Below are positions 26,330 to 37,729 of a stretch of DNA of 64,000 nucleotides, one piece after another (the stretch's first letter is position 1; the number at the start of each line of letters is the position of its first letter). The position numbers were made by a program, and so were the translations under genes. This DNA comes from Raillietiella orientalis (Eukaryota), in contig JAYWIR010000026.1 in assembly GCA_036172245.1 (NCBI GenBank), positions 1,488,001 to 1,552,000 of the forward strand. Direction: 5' to 3'. A model generated the notes under the pieces. The model saw only the letters and a list, made by a program, of their open reading frames with translations, was not told where the DNA came from and searched no databases.

Positions 26330-27800
26330 GCTACTTCCAGGCGGCGCGCTGCCGCGCCCCATGGAGAACATGGGCCTGGAATCTCATGTGGCTAGGATGC
26401 TCCTGTGGCAGATGCAGCCCTCCGCGGAGGCAGCGGCCCGGGTCGACTCCATGCACGCCGACGTAGCCCACCCGTCAGCGCCCTCGTCAGCAGGGCACGC
26501 CATCTCCTCACCCGCTTCCTGCTGGTCAGCTGCGACCGGCCGATTACCTTCAGGATCCTCCAGAGAGCAGCTTCCCAGGACATGCTGGACGGCAGCTGGC
26601 TGCCGCTGCTCGTGGTCGTTAGCATCTGTGGTGTACGCGACGGTGCGTGGCCCTTGCCTGCAGCCGTGCTCACGGTGTCCTTCGAGGACCGCAGCTGGAT
26701 CAGGATGATCATCCTCCAGGGAGCTCCTCCTCGATTCGGTGAGGCAGACCCTGTCGGCACTCGTGGAAGGTCTCTCTGCCCTTTCTGTACCCTTGGGGGG
26801 AAATTCACGGGCCTCGCTCACTTCCCTCGGGATAGACGCGAGGTTGCCGGAAAGACTTCCTGCGTTCCTGGAAGAAAGGGAACCCAAGTGGGTGGTGGAT
26901 GGGGGGAAACGGAACACCCGTGATGACGTCACCGATGCGTCCGCTGCGAGATGCAACTCGAGCATCCGGACGCCGTTTCCTTCGGGAATTCCTCCTTCCC
27001 TTCCCCTCCTCCCTACATCCTGCTGTTCTCTGCGTTGCAGCTTGCTGCTTGCGCAGGAAGCGAGAGAGCCCTCCTCCTCAGTCTGCATTCCGGGACGGGC
27101 AGATGAGGGAAAGAAGCTCTCGGGTGATGCTCCTGAAGACTAGATCTCTTCCTGGATGATCGACGAATCCTATGGGAGATGAACATTTCCTTTGATCTCG
27201 TTGGGAGATGGGCAGGAACGGTTCTCGTAGAGTGTTGGGGGTGCGCGCTAAATCTCATGATAGGAGAAGGGGCATAGGGGACCCACTCTCCCGCTTTCGC
27301 TCTCGTCATCGAGCTCTCTTGTGTCACCTGCCTTCCTACCATTGCCGCCCTAATTCGCCGCAGATCATCATTCCCTGGGCAGGAAATCCTCCGTTTCCTC
27401 TCGAAGGGAGCAACGGTGGTGCCACCGCCGCTCACTTCGAGAGCTTTCTTTTCGGGGTGGTGCAACCCCGAAAAGAGCCGTCTTCATTGGGTTCCTTAGG
27501 CTCTTCGGGACAGCGAAGTGCGTGCCCGGTCGTGGCCAGCGCTGGCGGTAGCGAGCGGGAATGGACTCTGGGTGCTAGGGGAGGCACGCACGGGACCAGA
27601 CGCCACAACTGGCATTCCGTCGCGCAAGGCGCTGCGCGTCACCTCATGTGAGATGCTCCGCGTCTGATCAAAGCGTCGACTCCTTTCTTCCCTACGAAGA
27701 TCCAACCGCCCTCTCTCTAGTGTCGTCCTTGGTCCTCGAAGTTCCCTGAAAATTTCCTCGGAAGGTACCTGCAGACAATAGGAAATCTTTTTTCTTCCGT
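26330..27800 (-). mobile_element. DIRS-like (tyrosine-recombinase) retrotransposon remnant A
   Basis: DFLPRE..SAA (RNaseH-like), EWVPYAPSP (cf. YAFPP of the MT-like domain), IILIQLRSSKDT..AGKG (YR SK.D), SQLTSRKRVRRWRALLTRAL, and ESTRAAASA (HS.R..A-like), in DIRS order. Confidence 0.45.
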
Positions 27801-28519
27801 CCTCTGGCGCTTCTTCCGCTGCCGACAACCCGGAAAGACCACTCTCAGCAGCACCGGAGCTGGAGAAGGCTTCTGGACCATGTGCAGCGCTCATCTTGAT
27901 GCCGACGCCACTCTGTGCTTTTTCATGTTCAGTCTGAAGCTGTTCGCTAGGAAGGTTCCTCCAGCGCAGTTCGGTCCCTTCTCTCGACACAAGGAGGGGA
28001 ACCCACGGCCGCGCGCCCGAGTCTCGGAGTGGAGCCGGTCTAAAGGCTGGATGGAGAGGTTTCCGGCGGTTGGACCATGCGCTCTCGGTCGTTCTGGGAG
28101 CGCGCTATCCCCGGTCCTCCGGAGTTGAGCTCATCTCGCCTAGCTGGTCCTCACACGCTCTTGTGGAGAGTAACCCATGACAGTCCCTCGATCCCTTGGA
28201 ATCCAGGATTCCAGAAGTGCGGACCGGAACGGAAGCGGTGGAACTGAGGCTTGGATTGCCAGGGAGAGAAACGGTTCCTTGTACTTGCTCTCTTCCCTTC
28301 CATGCGCCACCTTGAAGGAAGGGTGCTGACGTGCTTCCGAGTGACTTGTGCGGAGCTTTCCTCCTGTCGCTTTCCTCAGGACGAGGATGGATCCTGAAGG
28401 TGCTCGCGGCTCACTTACTGGTCATATCCTGTCGCCCCTGCCTTTGTCTTTGATGAAACCGATCCAGCGGTCGTGCTCTCCTGGGGAAAGAGACGGAAAG
28501 GCAGTAGTTGAAGATGCCT

Positions 28520-29420
28520 GGCAAGGCCTTAGTCCATACCAGGCATCGAAGAGACCTTCACCTATCATTCCGGCTGGCATCCGGATATCCACACGTGCTT
28601 CGTCGTGTAGGAATCTGGCATTCCTTAAAGGACCATCTGCGCTTTATCCAGCTTCTCCTAGGAAGTCCCAGCCGTCGCCTTTTTCCACCAGTTCGCCCTT
28701 TTCACCTAAGCCCAACACTAGAGGCGAGGACTGGTCGCCGCCATGAGAACCACCGCCTTCGGCTGGACGCCAGGGACGCTTCGCCATTGTGACAAGAGCG
28801 ATCGCTGAGTGGACAGGGAGCACTGTGGTGCTCCGGAGGCTGGAACATTGGGTTTTGCCTTCCGTCGTTCGGAGGGCATCTTCTAGCCTGTGCTTCCAAT
28901 CCTGCTGGACACCTGGTACGATTCTCAAGACCCCACCGCTCCTCCTGATACTGCGCAACCTACCATTGGTTCAATTTGAGTTTCCAAAAGACCTCAGGAT
29001 CGGTTGGACATCTTTGCTTCCGTTCCTCTCTGAGAAAACTCGCCACGGAGCCGGGGCGCCAACAATCTCTTCTTCGAAAAGAATCCCTCGGCCCGCTGTT
29101 TTTGGTTCTCATTCACTCTGAAGGCCGGCGGTCCTCTGCACCAAGCGAGAAGCATGGCATTTGTTGCACAATGCTCAGCATCCATCAGTTGGGTCTTTCT
29201 TGGACTGCAGGGGGAAGCCCAACCTTTGCTACTTTGTTGTGCCAAATTAATGGAGGGCAGCTGTCTTGGTGAGATCTGGTCACCCTGTGTGTGGCTGCTA
29301 AAATCTGATCACCGAGTTGACGGACCAATTCCTCCGTTTTGCCAACCAGTCACTCGCCAGCTCCCCTCAACGGTTTTTCGCACTCTTCGGATCCGTGAAG
29401 GAGATGGAGAACCATTTCAC
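28520..29420 (-). mobile_element. Polinton-type integrase remnant (INT-2)
   Basis: FTDPKSA, DWLAKR, SSKGWA/FPLQSKK...AL (cf. SKyAwa.PLksK), LQSE* (LQtD), DWKHRLEDAL, VHSAI, EKG..WDF, in order and frameshifted. Confidence 0.45.
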
Positions 29421-30659
29421 CAACCATTTCAGGAGGCGGAGCAGTGCCATTTCAGCTCCGTCTGGTTCGACCTCTGCTTTGGCAGTTTCCACGAATGAGT
29501 GCCCTCTTCTCGTTGCCAAGAAACGCAGTAGCCACACGGAGTTGGCACCGGGAGGGTAAACTAGTCGGTCATGCCTCAGCCTTGCCCTTGTTCTCTCTTA
29601 CCGCGTCTCAACTGACCGGAAGTGAGCACGGGAAGCAGGAAACGCCCACCGGACGCTTCCTGAGCCCCGTGCTCACTTCCGGTAGGCTGACAGTGGTGAT
29701 GGATCGGCGATCCGAACGAGGGGTGACTCCAGGTTCCGCCTCGTCTCCATACGATCACCAGAAAAAGGAAACGGGACAACAGGAAAGCCCTTGGGAGATC
29801 TCTCGATCGATCAAACAGTCCCGGGGAATCATTTCCACGTCAGGTCAGAAGCCCGGAAGAGGACGCGAGGAAACCATCTCTCGACGGAGAGGAAGGCGTC
29901 GGTCGAGTGCACCGGTGTTGCGAGGCAACAAGCAGCAGTCCTGAATCTTCTAACCAGCGGTCCTCCTTTCCAGATCTCCCTCGAGGGAAGAGGGAGATGT
30001 CCGTGATTCTGGGAAGGGAGGAGCGAGCCGGGGCATAGGTGGAAGGATGAAAGTGGGGTCAGTCGGGTGTTTTAAAAGTAAGGGACCCAGCATAAACAAG
30101 GGCAGCTTGCCATCAGGAGCTGCATCGTTTCCCACAGATTCCGGAACGCGTTGTGACCCCCGTGCTTGGAGACTCGAGTCGATCCACAGAACCAATGACA
30201 AGAGGAGTCCGTCTCGCGGGAGAATCGTTGTCATCGGCAACCGTACAATTTGAATTGCTGCTGGATAGCTGCACTGTTCTTTTTTTTTTTTCATTTTCAT
30301 CTTCCGTATCCTGCGGGAAGAGCTCTTCATTCCAAAGGACACGCCCAATTTTTCGATTCCCGGTGCTGAGGGCGGTAGCCGCACCAGACCCTGCACTCCC
30401 GATTCTCGGTGAGACGAAATCCCTGATTTCCCGGAACTCTCACTTCGGAGGTCGGAGTCTGGAGGGGAAGCTGCGGCAAGCGCCGACATCAACATATTCT
30501 GCCTTCCGGGCAATTCTGCGGGCGTCTGGAGACGCGCAGGGTTCCATAGATGCGATCCGCGGCCTCTCGTGAAGGACCGTCCGCTGGAAACCTTCCGAGC
30601 TGCTGCTTGCTCCACCATCTGCGAAGAAACCGAAGGAGGCGGGATGCGATCGCCAGCTG

Positions 30660-31490
30660 GGAACTTCGAGGACTGCGGTTACTGGGGTCTAAGACACCCC
30701 ACTGGCAGCGCTGGGCACCTCTGCTGCCCGTTCCCGCTGCTCCGAACAAGGAACTTTGGGAAGGGGGCGGAAGATGAGATCGTCGTTTCACACTTTGCGG
30801 GAGGGGGGGGGGTGGTCCCTTTCCACGCAGTCAGCAGGCGGCTTGAGGGTCAAGAAGCAGCCAACTTTTCACTACAGGTGATGCGTGAGCTACTCCATTC
30901 GGAGGCTGCAGCTGTGTTCCAGTCGGATGGGATCCTCCGATCGATTCGCTAATCTACACCCAGACGAGTCGTTCTAGGAATTCTGCGTCCCTGGCAAGCA
31001 CCGACGTCCCAAGAACTGATGGCTGCCTTCGTTTGCCCTGGAGCTCGCAAATCTCCTCCCGTGACTGAGACCGAAGGTACCACGAGCAGCAAAAAAAAAA
31101 AACCCTCCATCCGACCTCCGAGCTGCATCTCCTGCGGCATTGGGTGCTGGGAGAAAGGGCGTGGAAACCGGGAGAACTCGAGGGTCCCCACTAGGATTCC
31201 AGGAAGCGCCTGGGACCTGCCCCCCATTTTCTAAAGGATGACCGACCTTATACTCGTGCGTTTCACCGTAAGGAGCAGATCCGCGGGTCACCGGACATCC
31301 CTTTACTAATGATCTGCTTTTGTTGCGTCTTGAGTCTCCTAAACCAGAGAGGATTGAACAGCTGGCAGCAGCAGCTGCTGCTGTCTTGCAAGACCCACTG
31401 ATTGGATGACAGCTTCTTGCTACAAGGGGTTTTGAAGATCTTTTGTGATCCTTCAGCTCTTTGCCAGTGATGGAGCAACCTTCAGGTCTA
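30660..31490 (+). pseudogene. Weak trypsin-like serine protease similarity
   Basis: FEDCG...SAGHLC (cf. CGg...TAAHC) and HPFTNDLLLLRLESP (cf. NDIaLl.L..P). No GDSGGP seen. Confidence 0.2.
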
Positions 31491-34400
31491 TTCCTGCGCT
31501 GACCACATGCTTATAGAGGAAGGAGAAGGAAAGAAAGTCATTCCCGTCCCGTAGGGGCGGTGGAACAGTCAAAAGGAGTCTGTGAACTCCTGGAACGATG
31601 AGGGCTGAGTAGGAGCAGAGCCGTACCAGAAAGCGGGAGAGACACCCACGAGGCCTTCAGAGCCGTCTCGGGAAGAATGCAGGGAGTGCTGTCCCCCTCT
31701 TTCCATTCTCCCTGGATCTTTATTATTTCCTGAGCGGTGATCGAGGAGGTTGGAATGTGGGGATTCGATGCCATTGCTGACCTTGAAGACCGGGAATCCA
31801 CTGAGCTTTCTGAACCTTCTCCGGTGGGGGGTTCCAGCATTTGGGACGGCTGGAAACAACACGACAGAGTCGCCAGAAGGAGACCGCCAGCGGTTCGATC
31901 CGGCGCAATTCCGGAACAGGCGGGCAGAGGGAAACCCGGCGCGCCAAAGGAAACGCTGCTGAGAGAAAGGTCTCAACCGCAGAGGCAAACCTCTTCTCCC
32001 CCGAGGAAGCCTCAATCTGGACCGTGGCATGCCGCCGTCCTAAAGGCGGCTTCCGAAAGGATGCACTTAGTCCTCTTGCCAGAAAGTGAAATTTCCGCTC
32101 CGAGTCCCGTTCGGCAACTGACCACCGAGAGAAGGGTCACTCCTGAGAGGAAGCGGAGCTGATCCTCTGAAACACGTGCGGTTCGGATCTCATGCCTCCG
32201 CTGCCGCGCGCGTTCCACCGCATCCGCCAGACCTGGCAGCGACGGCTGTGGCGTGCGTGAAGGAGCCCCCGCCGGCGTTCCTTTGCACCTGTTTCAGGTT
32301 AGAGGGGCGGATGCTTGTGCCACGCAGCCGGACCACAGTGCCCCTCTCTCTCCACTTCCCTCTCCCCCCCTTCTTCGAGACGCGGGAGCATTTCCCTGTC
32401 TCTGCTCTCTGGCGGCGCGAGGCGACACTCGCTTGACCCCACCCGCTTTCCGCACCTGAGCGTGCGCGCGTGCGAGAGAGAGGCGCGCGCGTTCCGTTCG
32501 GTTCCTTCCACGCCGGCCTCGACCTCTCCCGGACTACGGGGGTTTCCGCGGCGACGCGCGCAGCGACTCCCACGCAGTTTCGGAGCTGGATCGAGAGACG
32601 CGTGGGGCGCTTGCGAGGTTGCCTGGACATAGCGCCGTCGGAGTGGACGTCGGTTGAACGCGGTCGGCGATATGCACTACCTGGGGGCGCGCGCGCCGAA
32701 GATTTCCTGTGCGCACCGCTTCCCCCGTCCGCGCGATTAGCCCCGGAGCTCGAGTCGTGCGCGCGCGCGCAATCCGGAAATGGAGGGCCGGCGACCTGTG
32801 CTGCCGCCTGCCCGGCCGCATGTGCAACTACCCGCTTTGTGAAGTTGTCCTCCACCGCTTGGATGACCGCGGTGAAATTCCGCGGGTGTCTCGTCCGCGG
32901 GGCTCGGAAAGTTCTCGTTCCCGAACGCACCCACGACCGGGAAAAGCTCCCCCGATCCTGGCCGCGCGATCTGCCTGCACTCTGCTGGTCCTAGATGCGT
33001 GCATCATCCCGTCTTTTAGCAAGGAAAGAGGAAGGACAATTTCTTCCGTCGCTAATGCTTTCTGAAGGGCGATCTCCCTTTGCCACTTCTGCCTATCCCA
33101 GATCATCGGAGGAATAGGACACTGTTCCTTGACCCCTTTCCCCCCCTTCCCCTTACTTGGGGTGAGTCGACGAATTGAGTTCTCCCTCGTTCAAAGTCCT
33201 GTCTTCCCGAGGAAGCTTCTAGATCTTTGTCTTATGCCCCGACTCCCAGCCATCCCCCTGCTATGGCCCCCATGGACGCGAGCGGCGTCTCCGCGCCTCC
33301 GTCAGAGAAACGAGCCCACCCCAGCGCAAGAGCTTCTGGAATGATCCGGAAGCCTCAGCAAGGATGGACGCGGGTCGCAGACCCTCCGCAACGTCCCGAC
33401 GATGACCCACAGCGGGATCGTCCCTTCGGAACATCCGGAAGCCTACCCTCTGGCGATCTTCTGACACTGCGAGCAACTCCGACCGCTCAGAGTGGAGGAA
33501 AAGCGCTGTCGCCAGCGCCCTCGTGCGGGGTAAGGCGGAGGGGCTCAAACTGGGGCGTGGAATGCAAGACAGCCTCGGGACAACTGCGGATGGGCTAGAT
33601 GGTCACCGATGATGGCTCCCCATTCCTCCTTCCCCTGCCCTTGACCCAGGCCCTGAGAAACCTGATGGCATCCCACCTATACCTATTTATTTGTTTATCG
33701 GTTTTCCCGCATTCTCTCCCTGACCGCGTTCCCGGTTTTGGTACCTTTCTTCCTAGAAAGAGAAATGTGGGATCTGATGCGAGAATTTTACTCTTTCAAA
33801 ATAAATAAAAATTTCATGTATTCGAAACGAATAAATAAAATTTTGGGATCCTTTTTCAAGTGAAATGCGTGGCCCGGCCGGCAGGGATGGGGAGGTCACA
33901 ATCCGGTCGATTCCGGAACGATGACGACATCGAAAATGGCGTCCGCCACCGTTCAATGGCGGCTAGAAAGAAGGGTTGGAGGCAGGGTATTGGTGGGAGA
34001 GTCACTCGATTCTCGTGCAACACTGCGCGCTTCTCTTGGAGGGATCGAACGGTGCAGAAAAGATGGGGCGTTTCCTCTACGGACTTGGCCCGAAATTCCG
34101 TGGTTCGCGCAGATCGCTCAGCGGCGCTGCCTTCCCGAGGGACCGATGCCTGCAGTTTTCTGCCGTGAGGGAGAAAGGAAAGGAGGGGTGGGGATGAAGA
34201 TCGAAAACCGCAGCAAGCAACTTCGCTCCCCGCCAACCCCCGTTTTCTGTCACGGACTTCCATGGACTCGCGTTTCCTGGCGCCTCACGTCTCCTCTTCT
34301 CCTCACCTCCATCTTTGTCCTTGTTTGCGGATCACCATGGGAAGGGCCACCCCAAAGCTTTGGAAGAGGAGGGGAGGGAGGTACCCTTGTTCCTCTTCCT

Positions 34401-36517
34401 CTCTGCGTTGCCCGGCAGCCCGCGGCAACGCAGTGAGGCGTTGCCATTGGCGCCCTCTCTTGACTTCCCCATCCTCGACCCTACGTCTCTCTGGAGGCTG
34501 TCGGAGTCCGAGGGGACGAACGGCACCGGACTGTGAGGCCGCCTATGGGGTGCGTCTACGAGGGCGAACGTCCCTGGGAAGAAGCGTGCGCGGCGCTCTG
34601 AAGCAAGTGTGCCCCTCCGCGGGCTCATCCCGGAGATGCGAGGCCGGGAGTGGGCGTGGAAGGAGGGGAGAGTACGGCATTCCGCCCGTCGTCGAGCGGC
34701 ATTGGCGCGCTAGGAGTTTCGAGTTCGTTCAGCTGACGTCACCAAACCCGAAGGCGCCGTCTGCGCCTCCCGCGCTGCCCTCCCCTCTCTCGTTCGCAGA
34801 CTTAGAGACGTGGCCGGGCCGACACGTTCGTGCGCGACCCCTTCGGAAGAGAGCGAAGTACCGGGGAGCACGACCAGCGACGGGTTCCAGAAGAGGAAGG
34901 GAGGGAACAACGGCCGAAAAGAGGGGGGGCAAAGTAAGGAGCCCCCAGGCCCCTAGGGAGGATCATGCTTGCTCATCCTGGAAGCGCGGCAGCTTGGGAG
35001 TTCCTGTCCCTCCCCCTTCTTTCCCTGGCGTCCGTCCCCGCAGTGTTGGGAAGCTCAGGGACTTCTCGCCTCGCGCCTGCCTGGATCCGTAAGCTTTATG
35101 GCCTCATTTAGACCCTGGGGAGATCAACGCTCCACCTCTCTTGCTCCCTCAAAAACGGGAAGCAGCCTCCCTCTCGGATGCTGGATGTCTCCGGATCAAA
35201 GTTTCCCGCGGAGGTATCCGAGATGTGCAGCCCCCGGGTCTGTGTGCGTGGCAGGGGAGGGGCAGGTCGCGACCTCTAGGCGGTCCCGCAGTGCAAGGGC
35301 AAGGGTCAAAGAGGGGAGCGGAGCTCCTCTCGCCGCGCGCCCGCCTGCCATCGCCGGTGGAGGTGACCACAGGAGTTCTCCCTGCCTCCCAAGTGGTGAT
35401 CGCTCCCTGGGAAGAAGTCCGGCAAGGAGAGACTTCCGTGATGGGCGACTGACCAGGTTGCCACGGGAAACGCCCCGCGCGCTCTCCCTCTAATGCCTTG
35501 CGTTCCTCAGAGAGACGGCGTTCTTCTTCCTGGATTGCTTGTTCCGGAGGGGTGAAGAGACTGAGGGGGAGGGAGGAAAAGGGGGGGGAAGCAGCACTAC
35601 GGAGTCACACGGAGTTTGCCTGAAGACTTTCGTTTCCGTGGAGATCGCTCCGTTCTCGTGCACGAGCGAAGTCCTTAGGACTAGCTGGGATCCTCTGGCG
35701 GGGAAATGGGGGAAGGGATGCTGCTGACCCCGCGGGATGACTCGAGAGGAAGGCTGCTCTCCCCAAGGACTCTTCCGGCAGCCGGCAACTCGCCGTTTCC
35801 GGTTCCTGCTGCGACTCCTAGTATCATCCCTGTTCCCATGGCAGTGGAAACAGTAGCAGCATCCTCTGTCCGCTTGTTCCTTCCCTCTCCCGGTCGCAAA
35901 GGGTCGCTACTGCCCGAGTGGGAGGAGACGACTAATTTCCTGCGGCAGGGAGGAGAGAGCCAGGAGAGAAGAGAGGAAGAAGATGCTCGTGGCGTAGGGC
36001 TGCAGGCGCACAGCCCCCACCTTTGGTCAGCCTCGCGCCTCGGAGGACCTGGCGGAAGGGAAGACGAAAGGAGGAGGAAGAGAGAACGTCCGGCTGGAAG
36101 TCTCGGCCCCACGCCCTGCTCAACCTCCTCCCTCCCTCATCCTGCCCCTTTGACTCCAGAGCAGCATCCTTCCGGAGTCGCGAGCGCGACCTGTTCCCGG
36201 TCGCCCCGCAGGTGAGGAGGTGGACAACGGAGAGGACCGCACGCGCGGTCGCTGCCCATGGGGGGCTGTGCAGGCGGCGACAGGGGAGCGAACCGTTTCC
36301 TGGTCGGGAGCGGCGGATTCTCTGGAAGAGTCCGGGAGGCGCTGCTCGCGAGCGAGCTCTCTAGGAAGGGGGACAGGTGGAGCCCAGCGAGCCGTCTTGA
36401 TCCTTCGTTCCCTTCTGCCCCTCTCCCTACCCTGACGCGCGCGCGCGAGAAAGGCACGGAGGGAACCCAGGGCAGCGCGCCCGCACGCGTGTGCGAGTTC
36501 CGACTTCCCCGGAACGG

Positions 36518-36571
36518 AAAAAAAGAAAAAAAAAAAAAAAAAAAAGAAGAAAAAAAAAAAGAAGAAAAAAA
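36518..36571. repeat. Poly(A)-rich tract interrupted by G
   Basis: 54 nt of A with a few G, read directly. Confidence 0.9.
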
Positions 36572-37703
36572 CATTCCTCTTTTCCGTCTGCTGCCAAAAA
36601 ATCTCTTCCGCGTTGGTTCCACCGCACGGTCAAAAAAGCGAAAGGTCAACGTTCGGCTCCGAACTACGGAGCTGATCGCCTGCCGACTTTGCGACGGATC
36701 CCTCCTTATCGCGGGCGGGCGGGCGAGCGGGCGGATGTACCTTTTGGGCGAGGTGCGCGCAGGCGCTCTACAGGAGCCTGACCTGAGACCGGTCGGCTGA
36801 CCGCCGCCGAGCTCTTGCGGCTCGAGCGAGGCGGCGGCTGCCGGCGAGCGCTTCCCTCTCCCCACTCGGGGCTCCCCCCGCAGAACCCCCGGGCTCGCCG
36901 GACCATCCTTGCAAACCTGCCAAGCGCGCGAGCCGTCCGCGGGCGACGTGACGCCAGCCGCGCGCGCCTTCTCCAGGCAAGCGGCGCGAGCGCGAACTGC
37001 GGCCGCGGCGAGTGAGCACGCTGCGCGCGCGCGCGCACCGGGCGGCCGGGAGCGACTGCGCGGGCGCCGGTCGGCGCCAACCAGGAGAGACCCGGCGAAG
37101 AATGCATCCAGCGCCCGGAGGCGTTGGCCCTGGCGTGGCTCGCAGAAACTCCGGGGCAAGCTCCTCGGAAGGACCCTATGTGACCCGCGGGTCCCGCCCC
37201 GCGTCTCGCCGCCGCTTCCTCCCCCCCCCCCCCCTCCTCGCAGCGCCCCACCGCTTTTCGTCGGCACGAAGGACGGAAAAGGGACGAAAAAAACAGGATG
37301 AAACAAAGCGCTATATTTTAATCCCGTTGTCAGGAAACGGGAGGGATAAAGGAAAGGAGGAGGGGGAGGGGGGGGGGAGAAGAAAAAAAGGGAGAAGGAG
37401 AGAACGGATTCTCGTTGCCTAGGATCCGGCGGACGAGGAGACGAACCGTAAACAGAGATAATGGAGGAGCCGACGAGGGTGACCCGGAATTTATGCGTGA
37501 CTTCCGAGGTGTCCACGGAGGCGGTCGCCTGCTCCCCGCCTTTGTTGTGCGGGCGCGCACGCGCGCGGCGCCTTCACCTCGGAGAGGCGAGGGCCGCTCC
37601 GAACGCGCGCGCTCACCAGCGCGGACGCACCGGGGACCCCTGCAGAGGTCGGGGAGGAGGGGGAAGGGCGCGGGTTTCGGCGCATCTCCCCGTCGCAACA
37701 GGT

Positions 37704-37729
37704 GCCGCCGCCGCCGCCGCCGCCGCCGC
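37704..37729. repeat. (GCC)8 microsatellite
   Basis: gccgccgccgccgccgccgccgccgc read directly. Confidence 0.9.

Noticed and set aside
33129..33845. Possible plus-strand LINE 3' end (AIF*HCEQL, TTCCCCTGCCC at 33630, ATAAATAAAA twice 30 nt apart)
   Set aside because: The zinc-finger match is too weak and there is no RT evidence. Kept only as a caveat to the strand-bias finding.
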